NCBI GenBank assembly: GCA_910579675.1
Contig: CAJTUF010000013.1
Location: 15,668-79,667 of the forward strand
DNA length: 64,000 bases
From: an uncultured Muribaculaceae bacterium
GTDB taxonomy: Bacteria; Bacteroidota; Bacteroidia; Bacteroidales; Muribaculaceae
Direction of reading: 5' to 3'
Numbering within the stretch: position 1 is the stretch's first letter; each line of letters begins with the position of its first letter. Below, in pieces: positions 10,018-19,296 of the stretch. The notes below the pieces were generated by a model. That model made no database searches. It worked only from the letters and a program-made list of their open reading frames with translations, and was not told where the DNA came from. A program made the position numbers and the translations under genes.

Positions 10018-11133
10018 ATGTCAGGACTATATATCCATGTGCCCTATTGTCGCTCGAAGTGTGCCTATTGCGATTTCTACTCTGTTGCTGCGCGCTCACT
10101 CGACGCCGACCGCTATGTCGATGCCATAGCTGCCGAGCTGGCTGCCCGCATTGATAGTTATCCCCATCCCTTTTCAACCGTCTACATAGGCGGAGGCACA
10201 CCGTCGGTGCTTCCGGCCCAGGCTCTGTCGCGCCTTATCGGCTTGGTGGCTCCCAAAGCTGTCAGCGATGCTGAAATCACCATCGAAGTCAACCCCGACG
10301 ATATCGACCGACCACTCGCCGATCTCCTCGCAGGCAGCGGCGTCAACCGTGTAAGCATGGGGGTACAAAGCCTTGTCGACACCGAACTCCGGGCCATAAG
10401 CCGCCGCCATGATGCCTTATCGGCCATCGAGGCTGTGTCCACCCTCCGACGCGCCGGGATCGACAATATAAGCTGCGATCTCATCTATGGACTGCCCGGA
10501 CAGACCCCGGCATCGTTTGCCCGCTCTATCGACAGGCTTCTTGAGATAGGGCCGCCCCACATATCGGCCTACCTTCTGAGCTATGAGCCGGGCACACGCC
10601 TCACCCGGGATCTTGAGGCCGGACGCATCTCAAGGGCTTCAGATACCGAAGCATGCAACTACTATCACCAGCTGTGCGACGCCCTCTCCGCTGCAGGATA
10701 TATCCACTACGAAATCAGCAATTTCGCACTTCCGGGGATGCACTCGCGCCACAACTCCTCTTATTGGGATCCCGACTCGGCATATCTCGGCCTCGGGCCG
10801 TCGGCCCACAGCTACGATGGCATATGCCGCCGCAGAGCAAATATAGCCTCGATAGGGCGCTATCTATCGTCACCAGCCGATGCAGCAGATCCTGAACTTA
10901 CCGAAACCCTATCCGAATCCCAGTTATTTGACGAACGGCTGATGCTGGGACTCCGTACTATGGCGGGGGTCGACACCTCCACACTCCCCTCCTCGCTCTC
11001 GACCCCAATGCTGCGCCGTGCCCGCAAATGGATTGAAGCGGGCGATCTGCATCTCCGCAACAGTGTGCTCACAATCGACCCTGCCTCATGGCTCATCACC
11101 GACTCCATTCTGGCTGACCTCTTTGCCGACTGA
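10018..11133 (+). CDS. hemW: Radical SAM heme chaperone HemW (HemN-like)
   Basis: YIHVPYCRSKCAYCDF (CxxxCxxC), GGGTPS, YEISNF and HNSSYW. Confidence 0.92.
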   Translation: MSGLYIHVPYCRSKCAYCDFYSVAARSLDADRYVDAIAAELAARIDSYPHPFSTVYIGGGTPSVLPAQALSRLIGLVAPKAVSDAEITIEVNPDDIDRPLADLLAGSGVNRVSMGVQSLVDTELRAISRRHDALSAIEAVSTLRRAGIDNISCDLIYGLPGQTPASFARSIDRLLEIGPPHISAYLLSYEPGTRLTRDLEAGRISRASDTEACNYYHQLCDALSAAGYIHYEISNFALPGMHSRHNSSYWDPDSAYLGLGPSAHSYDGICRRRANIASIGRYLSSPADAADPELTETLSESQLFDERLMLGLRTMAGVDTSTLPSSLSTPMLRRARKWIEAGDLHLRNSVLTIDPASWLITDSILADLFAD

Positions 11134-11202
11134 CAGGTCAAAAAAATGGTTAAAATACCCGTTGCGGCTTGGCGCGCTCTTGGCTTTTAGCTCAGATTTC
11201 GT

Positions 11203-11210
11203 TAACTTTG
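11203..11210 (+). promoter_or_regulatory. Bacteroidetes -7 promoter box
   Basis: TAACTTTG ending 17 nt before ATG 11228. Confidence 0.55.
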
Positions 11211-11227
11211 TAAGTTAATACGCCGCG

Positions 11228-12553
11228 ATGAAAAAGATAACCGGATTCACTTCAGCACTATTGTTTGCATCGGTCAGCCTGACGGCTTCGGCCGCCACTC
11301 CGTCTGTTACCGTCACTGGCGGCTCCCACACCCCGGTAAGCATTGAGCCCGACCGGCAGTCGGGACTAAGCGCCCTGTATGTGGTCGATGCCTCGGGGGG
11401 TGATCAAGTGACTGCCGTATATACTCCGGCCACCCCGGGGACTCCGGTGACATGGAGCCGCTTTTCAAGTCAGGGAGGAGCTAATGCCATCCCGATCGAC
11501 AATATCTCCGGCTACACCCTCGCAGACCTTGAGCCTGACATGGGATATATCGTGACAGAGGGTAACCGCCAGACCTGCTTCTGGGTGTCTGACTATGCAT
11601 CCCACCCTTTTGCCATCGACGCTGTAGCAATATCCGGAGCCGACTGCTCTTCAGTCACACTTCATCCCAAGGGTCACGGCGGGAGGATGGTATACTACTC
11701 CATCAACGGCAGGCCGCTGGAGATAGACCGTGAAATAGCCCTTACCTACACCTCTCTTGAGTTTGATTCCGAATCACATTCCTACCGGCCTGTGAACGTG
11801 ATTGCCAAGCTGGCATATCTACGTGATGAAATCCATGCCGCCGCACCCCTCACCGCAACCTCATTTGCCATTGAAGGGGATCGCTTTCTCGCAGCATGGG
11901 GCCTTGTCTCGCGGGCCGAGAGCAACACAATTGATCCCGTGGCGGTAGATGCCACTGTGAGCGTGAGCCAAATCCCACGCGACAGCGCCGACAACGAACA
12001 GACCGGTGGCGATGCCTCGGGCGGCGACATGCTCGGAGGATCGGCCCCTGTGGAGATCGATTTTGAAGCTGTAGTCACCGATGGCGCCCGATTCACTGAA
12101 TGGCAGTTTGCTTCTGATCCCGACTTCTCATCGGTCGACCTCCGGTTCTCCGATTCTTCAATGATATACACCTTCACCGAGAGCGGTACCACCTACGCAC
12201 GTTTCGTAGCCGCCAACGGCGACGGATCATGCGAATACACAGGCGATCCATTTGTGATCTCCATAGGCGAGAGCGATCTGAAATGCCCCAATGCCTTCAC
12301 TCCAGGCAATCAGGATGGGGTCAACGACGAATGGCGTGTGAGCTACAAGTCGATCATTGCTTTCGACTGCGTGATCTTCGCCCGCTCGGGCCGCCGTGTG
12401 GCCCACCTCACCGACCCATCGCAAGGATGGGATGGGCGCATAGGAGGCAAAATGGCCCCTTCAGGCGTTTATTACTATATCATCAAAGCCACCGGCTCTG
12501 ATGGCCGTCAATACAACCTCTCCGGCGACATCAACATCATCGGCTATAAATAA
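11228..12553 (+). CDS. Secreted protein with T9SS type B C-terminal sorting domain (gliding motility-associated CTD)
   Basis: Signal peptide; C-terminal CPNAFTPGNQDGVNDEW...IFARSG...GWDG...GVYYYII...GDINII; PKD-like segment before it. Confidence 0.85.
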   Translation: MKKITGFTSALLFASVSLTASAATPSVTVTGGSHTPVSIEPDRQSGLSALYVVDASGGDQVTAVYTPATPGTPVTWSRFSSQGGANAIPIDNISGYTLADLEPDMGYIVTEGNRQTCFWVSDYASHPFAIDAVAISGADCSSVTLHPKGHGGRMVYYSINGRPLEIDREIALTYTSLEFDSESHSYRPVNVIAKLAYLRDEIHAAAPLTATSFAIEGDRFLAAWGLVSRAESNTIDPVAVDATVSVSQIPRDSADNEQTGGDASGGDMLGGSAPVEIDFEAVVTDGARFTEWQFASDPDFSSVDLRFSDSSMIYTFTESGTTYARFVAANGDGSCEYTGDPFVISIGESDLKCPNAFTPGNQDGVNDEWRVSYKSIIAFDCVIFARSGRRVAHLTDPSQGWDGRIGGKMAPSGVYYYIIKATGSDGRQYNLSGDINIIGYK

Positions 12554-12617
12554 ATCAGGCCATATTGACCGGTCGCATCTATTATTTTCTAACCTTCAAG
12601 AAATTACAAAACAAGCT

Positions 12618-13622
12618 ATGAATATCCGCATCCTGATCCTTGCCGCTGCCGCAGCAGTGGGAGCCGCCTTTGCTTCATGCACTCAGGCAGTGGCCGAAAC
12701 CGCACCTGACAAAACCGCCACCACCCCCTTCAGCCCTGTCTACTCCCCCGAGATTCCGCGATATGTAGAGCTGTGTGGCGACAAAGTCGATCTCGACCGG
12801 GAGGATATGTATGAGCGCTTCGACCGCGAGATCACCTCTATGGCCTACGGCCACGGGTCGACCCTCGCCATAATCAAGCGAGCCAACCGCTACTTTCCCG
12901 TCATGGCCCCGATATTGAAAGAGGAGGGTGTGCCGATGGATATGCTCTATCTTGCATGCATCGAGAGCTCGCTCCATCCCATAGCCCGCTCGGGCGCGGG
13001 CGCTGCCGGTTTCTGGCAGATAATGCCCGCCACCGCACGCGAGAATGGCCTCGTGGTCAACGACAGTGTGGACCAACGCTACGATCTCGAACTCTCCACC
13101 CGCGCCGCTTGCCGCATCCTCAAGCGCGCCTATGCCAAGTACGGCAATTGGGAAAGCGCGGCGGCGAGCTACAATGGTGGCATGGGGCGGGTGTCGCGCG
13201 AACTGGCCGCCCAGGAGGCCGAATCGGCCTACGATCTCTTCCTCAACGAAGAGACCTCCCGCTACATGTTCCGCCTCCTTGCCATGAAAGCCATCATGGA
13301 CAATCCGGCTGCCTTCGGCTACCTCATAAAGCCCGATCAATTTTATTATCCCATCGACTACGATGTGGTGGAGGTGACCGCGCCTGTGGCCGACTGGGCC
13401 GCATGGGCCCGCGAACACGGCACCACCTACATGCAGCTGCGCAACCACAATCCATGGATAAGAGGCAAAAGTCTTCCGGCCCCCAAAGCCACCCGCAGCA
13501 AGACCAAAGCCAAGACACAGGCCGAGCCTGCAACCTACCGCGTGCTGGTGCCAAAGAAAGAGAGCCTCAGCCGTTCCAATCACAAACCCAAGCTTTTCAA
13601 CCCCAACTGGAGCAATCTATAA
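12618..13622 (+). CDS. Lytic transglycosylase (SLT/MltD-like), probable lipoprotein
   Basis: LACIESS catalytic Glu, GAAGFWQIMP, AAASYNGG and EETSRY; lipobox-like FASC. Confidence 0.9.
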   Translation: MNIRILILAAAAAVGAAFASCTQAVAETAPDKTATTPFSPVYSPEIPRYVELCGDKVDLDREDMYERFDREITSMAYGHGSTLAIIKRANRYFPVMAPILKEEGVPMDMLYLACIESSLHPIARSGAGAAGFWQIMPATARENGLVVNDSVDQRYDLELSTRAACRILKRAYAKYGNWESAAASYNGGMGRVSRELAAQEAESAYDLFLNEETSRYMFRLLAMKAIMDNPAAFGYLIKPDQFYYPIDYDVVEVTAPVADWAAWAREHGTTYMQLRNHNPWIRGKSLPAPKATRSKTKAKTQAEPATYRVLVPKKESLSRSNHKPKLFNPNWSNL

Positions 13623-13625
13623 GTC

Positions 13626-16600
13626 ATGATCGACAATGCAGCCATACAGCCTCAGGACCGCCTTGAGGTGATCGGGGCGAGGGTCAACAACCTCAAGAAT
13701 ATCGACGTAACCATTCCCCACGACTCTCTTACGGTGATCACCGGCCTATCGGGCAGTGGGAAGTCGAGTCTCGCTTTCGACACCATCTATGCCGAGGGGC
13801 AGCGACGCTATATCGAGACCTTCTCATCATACGCCCGAGGGATGCTCGGCGCACTCCAGAGACCCGACGTCGACAAGGTGTCGGGTCTCAACCCTGTGAT
13901 TGCCATAGAGCAGAAAACCGTCAACCGCAATCCACGCTCGACCATAGGCACCACCACGGAGGTCTACGACTTCCTCCGTCTGCTCTTTGCGCGCATTGCC
14001 GAGGCAAGGAGCTACCTGTCTGGACTTCCGATGATCAAATATACCTCGGGCCAGATAGTCGACCTCCTGCTCAACCTCTATTCAGGTAAGAGAGTGGCCA
14101 TTCTCGCCCCACTCGTCAAAAACCGTAAGGGACACTACAAGGAGCTTCTCGACTCGCTACGCCGCAAAGGCTATCTGCGCGTGAGGGTCGACGGCGAGAT
14201 GCGCGAGCTCACCATGGGCATGAAGCTCGACCGCTACCGCAACCACTCGATAGAGCTGGTGATCGACCGCATCAAGGTGGTCGGGCAAGAGCGCGACCGC
14301 ATTGCCGACACCGTGACCGAGGCACTGCGTCAGGGGGATAAGGAGCTGATGGTGCTCGATGTCGACGACCCCGAGGCTCGTCCTTCCTACTACTCCCAGC
14401 ATCTTATGGATCCCGAAAATGGGATAAGCTATCCCGAGCCAGCGCCTCATACATTCTCTTTCAACTCCCCGCAAGGCGCCTGTCCCCACTGCAACGGCCT
14501 CGGATATGCCTTTGCCATCGACCACGACAAGATTTTTCCCGACCGCACCAAATCGGTACGCAACGGAGCAATAGCCCCTTTGGGCAAGTATCAGAGCAAG
14601 ATGATATTCTGGCAGCTTGCCGCGGTGCTCGAAGCTCACGGCTTCTCGCTCGACACTCCTGTGGCCGACCTTTCCGAAGAGACCGTGACCGATATGCTCT
14701 ACGGCACCACCCAACCCCTCTACATCAACAACGAGGGGGGCGCCATATCCAACTACAAGCTCGCCTTCGACGGCCTCCTGCGCTATCTTGAGCCGGAGGC
14801 TGCCGCCGATGCCGAAGGGGAGGAGCGCGGCGGCAAGACCGACAGTGCCAGCCGGTTTGCATCGCGCATAGTGTGTCCGGAGTGCGGTGGCCGGCGCCTC
14901 CGCCGCGAGAGCCTCTGCTTCTTTATCAACGACCGCAACATTGCCGACCTCGCCCGGATGGACATTGTGGAGCTCCACAAGTGGATCTCCGACCTTGAGC
15001 CACGCCTATCCCCCACGCAGGCCATCATCGGCCGTGAGATTCTCAAGGAGATCCGCACCCGCCTCAGCTTTCTTATCGACGTGGGGCTCGGCTATCTCTC
15101 GCTCGACCGCAACAGCGCCACCCTCTCGGGCGGTGAGAGCCAGCGCATCCGTCTCGCCACCCAGATAGGATCCGAGCTGGTCAATGTGCTGTATATCCTC
15201 GACGAGCCAAGCATCGGCCTACACCAGCGCGACAACCGGCGGCTCATCGACTCGCTGACACGGTTGCGCGACGTGGGCAACACGGTGATTGTAGTGGAAC
15301 ACGACAAAGATATGATGCTGGCAGCCGACTACATAGTCGATATCGGCCCGAAAGCCGGGCGCCGGGGCGGCGAGGTGGTATATCAGGGCAAGCCTGACGA
15401 TATGCTTGCCTCAGGCACTCTCACAGCCGACTATCTTACCGGACGCCGCTCCATCCCCCTCCCCTCCCGGCGCAGACCCGGCAACGGACTCTCCCTTGAG
15501 CTCATCGGAGCCACAGGCCACAACCTCCGCGATGTCGATCTCTCCATCCCTCTCGGCACCTTCACGGTAGTGGCCGGTGTGTCGGGCAGCGGCAAGAGTT
15601 CTCTCATCAACTCCACTCTCCAGCCGATACTGTCGAAACACTTCTTCCGCTCGCTCGCCGAGCCCCTGCCCTACCGCGAGCTGCGAGGCATCGAAAACAT
15701 CGACAAGGTGGTGACCGTCAATCAGTCGCCACTCGGGCGCACCCCGCGCTCCAATCCCGCCACCTATACCGGACTTTTCTCCGATATCCGCTCCCTTTTT
15801 GTCAACCTCCCTGAAGCCAAGTTGCGCGGCTACAAGCCCGGGCGCTTCTCTTTCAACATTGCCGGAGGCCGATGTGAGGTGTGTGGCGGCAATGGCTACC
15901 GCACCATCGAGATGAACTTCCTCCCCGACCTCCTCGTGCCATGCGAGGCGTGTGGCGGCAAGCGCTACAAGCGAGAGACTCTTGAGGTGCGCTATAAAGG
16001 CAAGTCGATAGCCGATGTGCTCGACATGACCATCTCCCAGGCCCTCGACTTCTTCGCTCCGATCCCAAAGATAGCCCGCAAGCTGCAGGTGCTCGCCGAC
16101 ATCGGTCTCGGATATATCAAGCTCGGCCAGCCGTCGTCGACCCTCTCGGGCGGCGAAAACCAGCGTGTGAAGCTCGCCACAGAGCTCGCCCGCCGCGACA
16201 CCGGCCGCACCCTCTTCATCCTCGACGAACCCACCACCGGCCTCCACTTCGACGATATCCGCGCTCTTCTCATTCTGCTCGACAGTCTTGTGGAGAAGGG
16301 TAACACCGTGGTGGTGATCGAACACAATCTCGACGTTGCCGCCCACGCCGACTATATTATCGATATGGGCCCCGGCGGAGGCCGCGATGGCGGACAGATT
16401 GTGGCAACCGGCACCCCTGAGCAGGTTGCCCGGCTCGACTCACCCACAGCTCCCTTCCTCGCCGAAGAGCTCGCGCACCATCCTCCGGTGCCGCTCGGCG
16501 AGCCGACCAAAGCTCCTGCGCCCGCAAGAGCCGCAAAGGCAGCAAAAAAAGCTGCACCCGCTCCAACTGACAGTCCAGACGGAGCCGCCACTCCCCGCCG

Positions 16601-16634
16601 CCGCGGACGACCCCGCAAGAACCCTACAGCATAA
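13626..16634 (+). CDS. uvrA: Excinuclease ABC subunit A, with extra Ala/Pro/Lys-rich C-terminal tail
   Basis: Two ABC ATPase domains (GLSGSGKS, LSGGESQR, GVSGSGKS, LSGGENQR) and CxxC zinc fingers. Confidence 0.97.
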   Translation: MIDNAAIQPQDRLEVIGARVNNLKNIDVTIPHDSLTVITGLSGSGKSSLAFDTIYAEGQRRYIETFSSYARGMLGALQRPDVDKVSGLNPVIAIEQKTVNRNPRSTIGTTTEVYDFLRLLFARIAEARSYLSGLPMIKYTSGQIVDLLLNLYSGKRVAILAPLVKNRKGHYKELLDSLRRKGYLRVRVDGEMRELTMGMKLDRYRNHSIELVIDRIKVVGQERDRIADTVTEALRQGDKELMVLDVDDPEARPSYYSQHLMDPENGISYPEPAPHTFSFNSPQGACPHCNGLGYAFAIDHDKIFPDRTKSVRNGAIAPLGKYQSKMIFWQLAAVLEAHGFSLDTPVADLSEETVTDMLYGTTQPLYINNEGGAISNYKLAFDGLLRYLEPEAAADAEGEERGGKTDSASRFASRIVCPECGGRRLRRESLCFFINDRNIADLARMDIVELHKWISDLEPRLSPTQAIIGREILKEIRTRLSFLIDVGLGYLSLDRNSATLSGGESQRIRLATQIGSELVNVLYILDEPSIGLHQRDNRRLIDSLTRLRDVGNTVIVVEHDKDMMLAADYIVDIGPKAGRRGGEVVYQGKPDDMLASGTLTADYLTGRRSIPLPSRRRPGNGLSLELIGATGHNLRDVDLSIPLGTFTVVAGVSGSGKSSLINSTLQPILSKHFFRSLAEPLPYRELRGIENIDKVVTVNQSPLGRTPRSNPATYTGLFSDIRSLFVNLPEAKLRGYKPGRFSFNIAGGRCEVCGGNGYRTIEMNFLPDLLVPCEACGGKRYKRETLEVRYKGKSIADVLDMTISQALDFFAPIPKIARKLQVLADIGLGYIKLGQPSSTLSGGENQRVKLATELARRDTGRTLFILDEPTTGLHFDDIRALLILLDSLVEKGNTVVVIEHNLDVAAHADYIIDMGPGGGRDGGQIVATGTPEQVARLDSPTAPFLAEELAHHPPVPLGEPTKAPAPARAAKAAKKAAPAPTDSPDGAATPRRRGRPRKNPTA

Positions 16635-16644
16635 TCCCGCAATC

Positions 16645-16692
16645 ATAGGCCAAGGGCCTGCCGCTCATTCAAGCCGCAGGCCCTTGACCTAT
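16645..16692. terminator. Hairpin between convergent uvrA and lipoprotein gene
   Basis: ATAGG-C-CAAGGGCCTGC / GCAGGCCCTTG-A-CCTAT inverted repeat. Confidence 0.7.
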
Positions 16693-16715
16693 ATTGTTGC
16701 ATTGTTATTGACCGC

Positions 16716-17486
16716 TTACAGACGCAGATGGAGTTTGCCTTCATGCCAGGCTTCCAGTTCATCCTTGACGCTTTCGAGATATAAGATCGGACTGTCGAGA
16801 ATAAACTGACCGCCGCTGTAGGTGTTGAGATTAACCTTTTCGCCAAACCGCTTCTCGAAGAGCTCCATCACATAAGCGTAGGCCTCATCGACCGACTCGA
16901 AGTAATAGGCGTCCTCCTTATCTTTCCGATCATATGCCATGACATACAAGCGCTGAAAATCGGTATTGACATATTGTTCAATAGCCGACACTTTCACCTT
17001 TTTCTTGCTTATATCGGTGACGCTTATAGCCTCACCATTGACCACAATGGTATTGTAGTTGAGTGCATAGTCGCGGCGTATCATGAATCTGAGGTCGGAA
17101 TCGAGATCACCTACGCGCCCGAGCACCCATATCGCCCAAGACAGACGCGTAGTTCCGTGTGCACATCCAAATGTTGTCAACGGAGTATAGATATTACCGT
17201 TGTCGATTGTCAGAAAGGCGGGACCGGGAACACTGAAACCGATCCACTCCGAGAAGTCGAACTCACGCCAGGGGCTATCTTCATCGTCACGTTCATACGA
17301 CTTTATGCCGTCGCGCTCAAGGGTTGTACTGCCCGACATAAGCAGATGATTGACTTCCGTAACGTCAAAACCGGCTACTGGGAGAAGTGGATTCTCGGCG
17401 TCAAATTCTGGCTCATCGGCCGAACACGACGATAGGAGGGCCATGACTGCCACGGCCGCCACTGAGAGCCATCGATATGTTTTCAT
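16716..17486 (-). CDS. Hypothetical lipoprotein
   Basis: Signal peptide II (LLSSC) followed by acidic SADEPEFDAE; own -7 box TATCTTTG at 17541-17534. Confidence 0.75.
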   Translation of the reverse strand: MKTYRWLSVAAVAVMALLSSCSADEPEFDAENPLLPVAGFDVTEVNHLLMSGSTTLERDGIKSYERDDEDSPWREFDFSEWIGFSVPGPAFLTIDNGNIYTPLTTFGCAHGTTRLSWAIWVLGRVGDLDSDLRFMIRRDYALNYNTIVVNGEAISVTDISKKKVKVSAIEQYVNTDFQRLYVMAYDRKDKEDAYYFESVDEAYAYVMELFEKRFGEKVNLNTYSGGQFILDSPILYLESVKDELEAWHEGKLHLRL

Positions 17487-17582
17487 ATTGGCTGGGGGAT
17501 TAAGATGGTTGATAATATGTTGATTGGTTTCCGCAAAGATAAGGATTTATCACCAACTTTCACATATTTTTCGGTAAAAAAA

Positions 17583-18938
17583 TCATAATATGCCAATCGA
17601 TTGGGCAAAAATCAGTCCTATAGCCACCGGACAAACCCACCGGAGCAGAAACACAAGGAGCCGCATGGGGCGGAAGCGGGTGGCGCCACGGCAAGTCATT
17701 TGTTCAGAAAGCACACTCCTATCGAGTTTCCATCCCACGAAGACAGATATGATCATGCCGCCGAGCGGAAGCATGACATTGCTTGTGGCGGTGTCGAAGA
17801 AGTTAAACAGAGTGAGGCCAAAGAGTGTGAAGTCGCTCAGGCAGCCGAATGAGAGGGCACATAGGGTGCCAAACAGGGCTGCTATACCTGTGTTGAGCAC
17901 CACGGCGCTCCGCCGCTTCATTTTCAGCTCTTCCATGAAAAAAGTTATTGCTATCTCGCTCATGGAAATGGTGGAGGTGAGCGATGCAAGAAAGAGAAGG
18001 AAGAAAAAGAGCGTTGACCATACTGTGCCGCCTGCGAGCGAGTGGAATATCGACGGAAGCACCTCAAACACCAGTGTAGGGCCCGCCGACGGCGACATGC
18101 CGAAGGTAAAAACGGCCGGAAATATGATCACTCCCGCCAAAATAGCCACAACGGTGTCGAGCGATGCCGTGATCAGGGCCGATCGCCCCAAACGTGTGTT
18201 GTCGGCAAAATAGCTCGAATAGGTGAGCATGGTGCCCAGACCGAGACTCAGCGAGAAAAAGGCCTGCCCCAGGGCGCCCAGCATGGTCGAAGGGGTAAGT
18301 GCTGAGAAGTCGGGGCTAAACAGAAAGCTCAATCCCTCCCGCGCACCGGCCATAGTGAGTGAATTGGCGCAGAATATAAGCAGCAGGATAAAAAGCATCG
18401 GCATAAGGATGTTGGAGAAACGCTCTATCCCCTTGGCAACGCCTCTCATCAGAATGGCGAAGTTGATTGCCAGAAAGACAATGGTCCACAATGCCGGGCG
18501 CCAGTTGCCGGTAACAAAACTGTCGAAATGGGTGTGATAGCCTGCCGCATCGCCATAGTCGAGGGATCCGATGGCGCTCTGGACCATGTACTCTACTGTC
18601 CATCCAGCCACCACCGAGTAGAAGCTCAGTATCATAAGCGACGACAGCACTCCCATATATCCTGTGAGTTGCCAAACCCGGTGAGAGGCGTGGAGCCTGA
18701 AAGCCCCGGTGATGTTTGACCGCGAGCTACGCCCGAGGATAAATTCGGCACATATCACCGGCACTCCCAGCAGAAAGATAAATGCTATGTAGCACACCAT
18801 AAACGCGCCGCCCCCATGGGTGCCCGCCTCGTATGGAAACCGCCATATATTGCCTAAGCCTACCGCCGACCCTACCGTTGTGGCGATCGCGCCTATACGG
18901 GTGGCAAACACCGCCCGATGTGTATTTTTTGATGTCAT
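17583..18938 (-). CDS. Sodium-dependent transporter, SNF/NSS family
   Basis: GSAVGLGNIWRFPY, GGGAF and GQAFFSLSLG; about 11 hydrophobic segments. Confidence 0.93.
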   Translation of the reverse strand: MTSKNTHRAVFATRIGAIATTVGSAVGLGNIWRFPYEAGTHGGGAFMVCYIAFIFLLGVPVICAEFILGRSSRSNITGAFRLHASHRVWQLTGYMGVLSSLMILSFYSVVAGWTVEYMVQSAIGSLDYGDAAGYHTHFDSFVTGNWRPALWTIVFLAINFAILMRGVAKGIERFSNILMPMLFILLLIFCANSLTMAGAREGLSFLFSPDFSALTPSTMLGALGQAFFSLSLGLGTMLTYSSYFADNTRLGRSALITASLDTVVAILAGVIIFPAVFTFGMSPSAGPTLVFEVLPSIFHSLAGGTVWSTLFFFLLFLASLTSTISMSEIAITFFMEELKMKRRSAVVLNTGIAALFGTLCALSFGCLSDFTLFGLTLFNFFDTATSNVMLPLGGMIISVFVGWKLDRSVLSEQMTCRGATRFRPMRLLVFLLRWVCPVAIGLIFAQSIGIL

Positions 18939-18984
18939 TCAGATTGATTTCGTAGTTTGTGGAAATAGTGTGAGTAGGGAGCGA

Positions 18985-19296
18985 TTAGTCGACAGCCTCG
19001 TCAAGCGGACTCTGCCGACGCTTTGTATTTGCTGTTGGAGCCTTCTGCTTCTTACCGGCACTCACCCTCTTCCGGCTCTTTTTCTTTTCATTAGCATTGC
19101 TCGACACTGAGTCGACCGACGCAGCGTTCTCTACCTCTGCCATCTCTACCTCCGATGCCGCTTCAGAGGGGGTGGGGGGATTGCTACCGCGCCAAGAGGC
19201 AATGGCCGCCACCGCAGCCACCAACACTATGGCGAGTGCTATAAGGCCTCGACGCTCTATGGCTGTAGGGCCGCCACCATGAAGACTGTCGGTCAT
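18985..19296 (-). CDS. Small single-pass membrane protein with acidic then basic tail
   Basis: Start ATG overlaps the stop of the upstream transporter (ATGA at 19296-19293); TM segment GLIALAIVLVAAVAAIASW. Confidence 0.6.
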   Translation of the reverse strand: MTDSLHGGGPTAIERRGLIALAIVLVAAVAAIASWRGSNPPTPSEAASEVEMAEVENAASVDSVSSNANEKKKSRKRVSAGKKQKAPTANTKRRQSPLDEAVD

